DNA of 63,962 nt, the filler included, from Diploschistes diacapsis (taxonomy: Eukaryota), in NCBI GenBank assembly GCA_023645945.1. It is 24 parts of 24 records of this genome, joined end to end, with 100 filler letters (N's around TTAATTAATTAA, not from the genome) between each part and the next. Parts side by side here need not be neighbours in the genome. Positions count along the whole stretch, not along the records: positions 62,869 to 63,962 come from JALAIB010003983.1; 23 more parts are not named here. One strand, given 5' to 3'. Positions 62,869 to 63,962 of the stretch are shown here, in pieces. The position numbers and the translations under genes are program-made. The notes under the pieces were generated by a model. That model ran no database searches. It saw nothing but the letters and a program-made list of their open reading frames with translations, and was not told the origin of the DNA. Within the stretch, counting starts at the first letter, position 1; every line of letters starts with the position of its first letter.

Positions 62869-63165
62869 AAGCTCGATTAATATAAACTTAAAATATAATT
62901 AAGACGTTTATTAATCTAAATAGTATTATATAATATTTAAAGTGGCCGTATTTAATACGGAAGGTAATTTTATATTTATCGTTCATACGTATACGGATAC
63001 GATGGTACGTATTTTTTAAATCTATTTTTAAAAATATTTTTACGTTTATAAGGCGATCTAACGTCTTGATAATTAAAAATAATGAATAACGGTTCTTTTT
63101 CGTTATTTGATTTAATCTTTTATAATTAACGTATAAGCGTAAAATGTTATCTTTTTTTAATATAA
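62869..63165 (-). pseudogene. Gypsy RT fragment cut by a Fot1 insertion
   Basis: LRLYVNYKRLNQITKKNRYSL...KIDLKNTYHRIRI...KITFRIKYGHFKY. Confidence 0.85.
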
Positions 63166-63607
63166 CGTATTTCACGGTCAGCTCGGCCACCCCCAAAAGC
63201 TCGGCCACCTCACATTGCGATATTCATTATTCTTTCGATTTTTCTCGATAATGGCCGCTTCGCATCGAAACAACTCGATATTATTAAAATCGGATATTAA
63301 CGACTGTCTATGGGCTCTAAATTTTTAATAATATATTAACATTCGAACGACAGTTCGCGTATTTAAAGTTTCTCGATCGATCGTTATAAACTAATATAAT
63401 AAAATATAATTTAATTTTAATAATCACGAATCGGCTTAAATCTTCTTAAATTTAAAAAAAAAACATTATTACGATAAATTATACGTTTTATATAAATCGG
63501 TTTTTTTATATCGTTTACGTTAATAATGGATATAATCGAAAAAATTTAACGCGAATGAATACAATTCGGGTCGAATTTAGAAATCACGATCGCGAATTTT
63601 TAATTTA
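63166..63607 (+). mobile_element. Fot1/pogo left end with degenerate transposase N-terminus
   Basis: TIR ACGTATTTCACGGTCAGCTCGGCCACCCCCAAAAGCTCGGCCAC; MAASHRNNSILLKSDINDCL. Confidence 0.8.
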
Positions 63608-63962
63608 ACGTGTTTGACGGGGATTCCGGCCGCCCCTAGATTCCGGGCACTTTTGCCAAGAAATAGCTTAAATCTTCAATAATTCTTCGAAATTAATCGT
63701 TATTTTTTATTTTTTATTTCAAAATATTACTTTTCAATCAATTATCGATCATATATAAAAAGTGCACATTGATTATGTCATTAGTAAACTTTTTATAGCG
63801 AATTAAGGATAAAGACTCGAAAAAACGGATTTTGAATCTTTTAAAATCTTCTTTAATTAATCAAAAAAATTTTTATTTAAATATATCATTACGAGTGTTT
63901 TTCTGCGTAAAGTTTAATAAAAATATAAAAAAACTTTTTTTTAACGTTATAAAGCCGTTATG
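63608..63962 (+). mobile_element. Fot1-type element end (TTTTGCCAAG subtype), nested
   Basis: TIR after TA; homologous to 36273-36632. Confidence 0.8.

Noticed and set aside
1..63962. Telomeric repeats, telomerase RNA template, rRNA, snRNA, TPP riboswitch
   Set aside because: No diagnostic motifs seen by eye; a covariance-model scan is needed to exclude them fully

Overview
This window is not one continuous locus. It holds 24 contigs of a filamentous ascomycete (Pezizomycotina) draft assembly, joined by 100-nt spacers (N44-TTAATTAATTAA-N44). Twenty-two contigs of about 1.1 kb are AT-rich mosaics of RIP-degraded transposons: Gypsy and Copia retroelements with several LTR families, Fot1/pogo elements, Tc1 and hAT transposase fragments, and a hAT MITE family with 8-bp target-site duplications. 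Two contigs of about 19 kb are genic. Contig 9583-28401 carries a protein kinase pseudogene, a NACHT-ankyrin (NLR-like) pseudogene, TRM2, a GH128 glucanase and a secreted DUF1996 protein. Contig 40460-59185 carries RPN11, a CPD photolyase, an MFS transporter, RPB2, an esdC orthologue and a DUF1399/GRDP-like gene. I found no convincing intact, previously undescribed system. The best leads are a perfect 37-bp-arm hairpin with an impala/mimp-like end upstream of the photolyase, two contrasting mutational signatures inside the repeats, the modular hAT MITE family, and the co-decayed kinase + NLR pair. All calls come from motif recognition by eye; no database search or computation was run.
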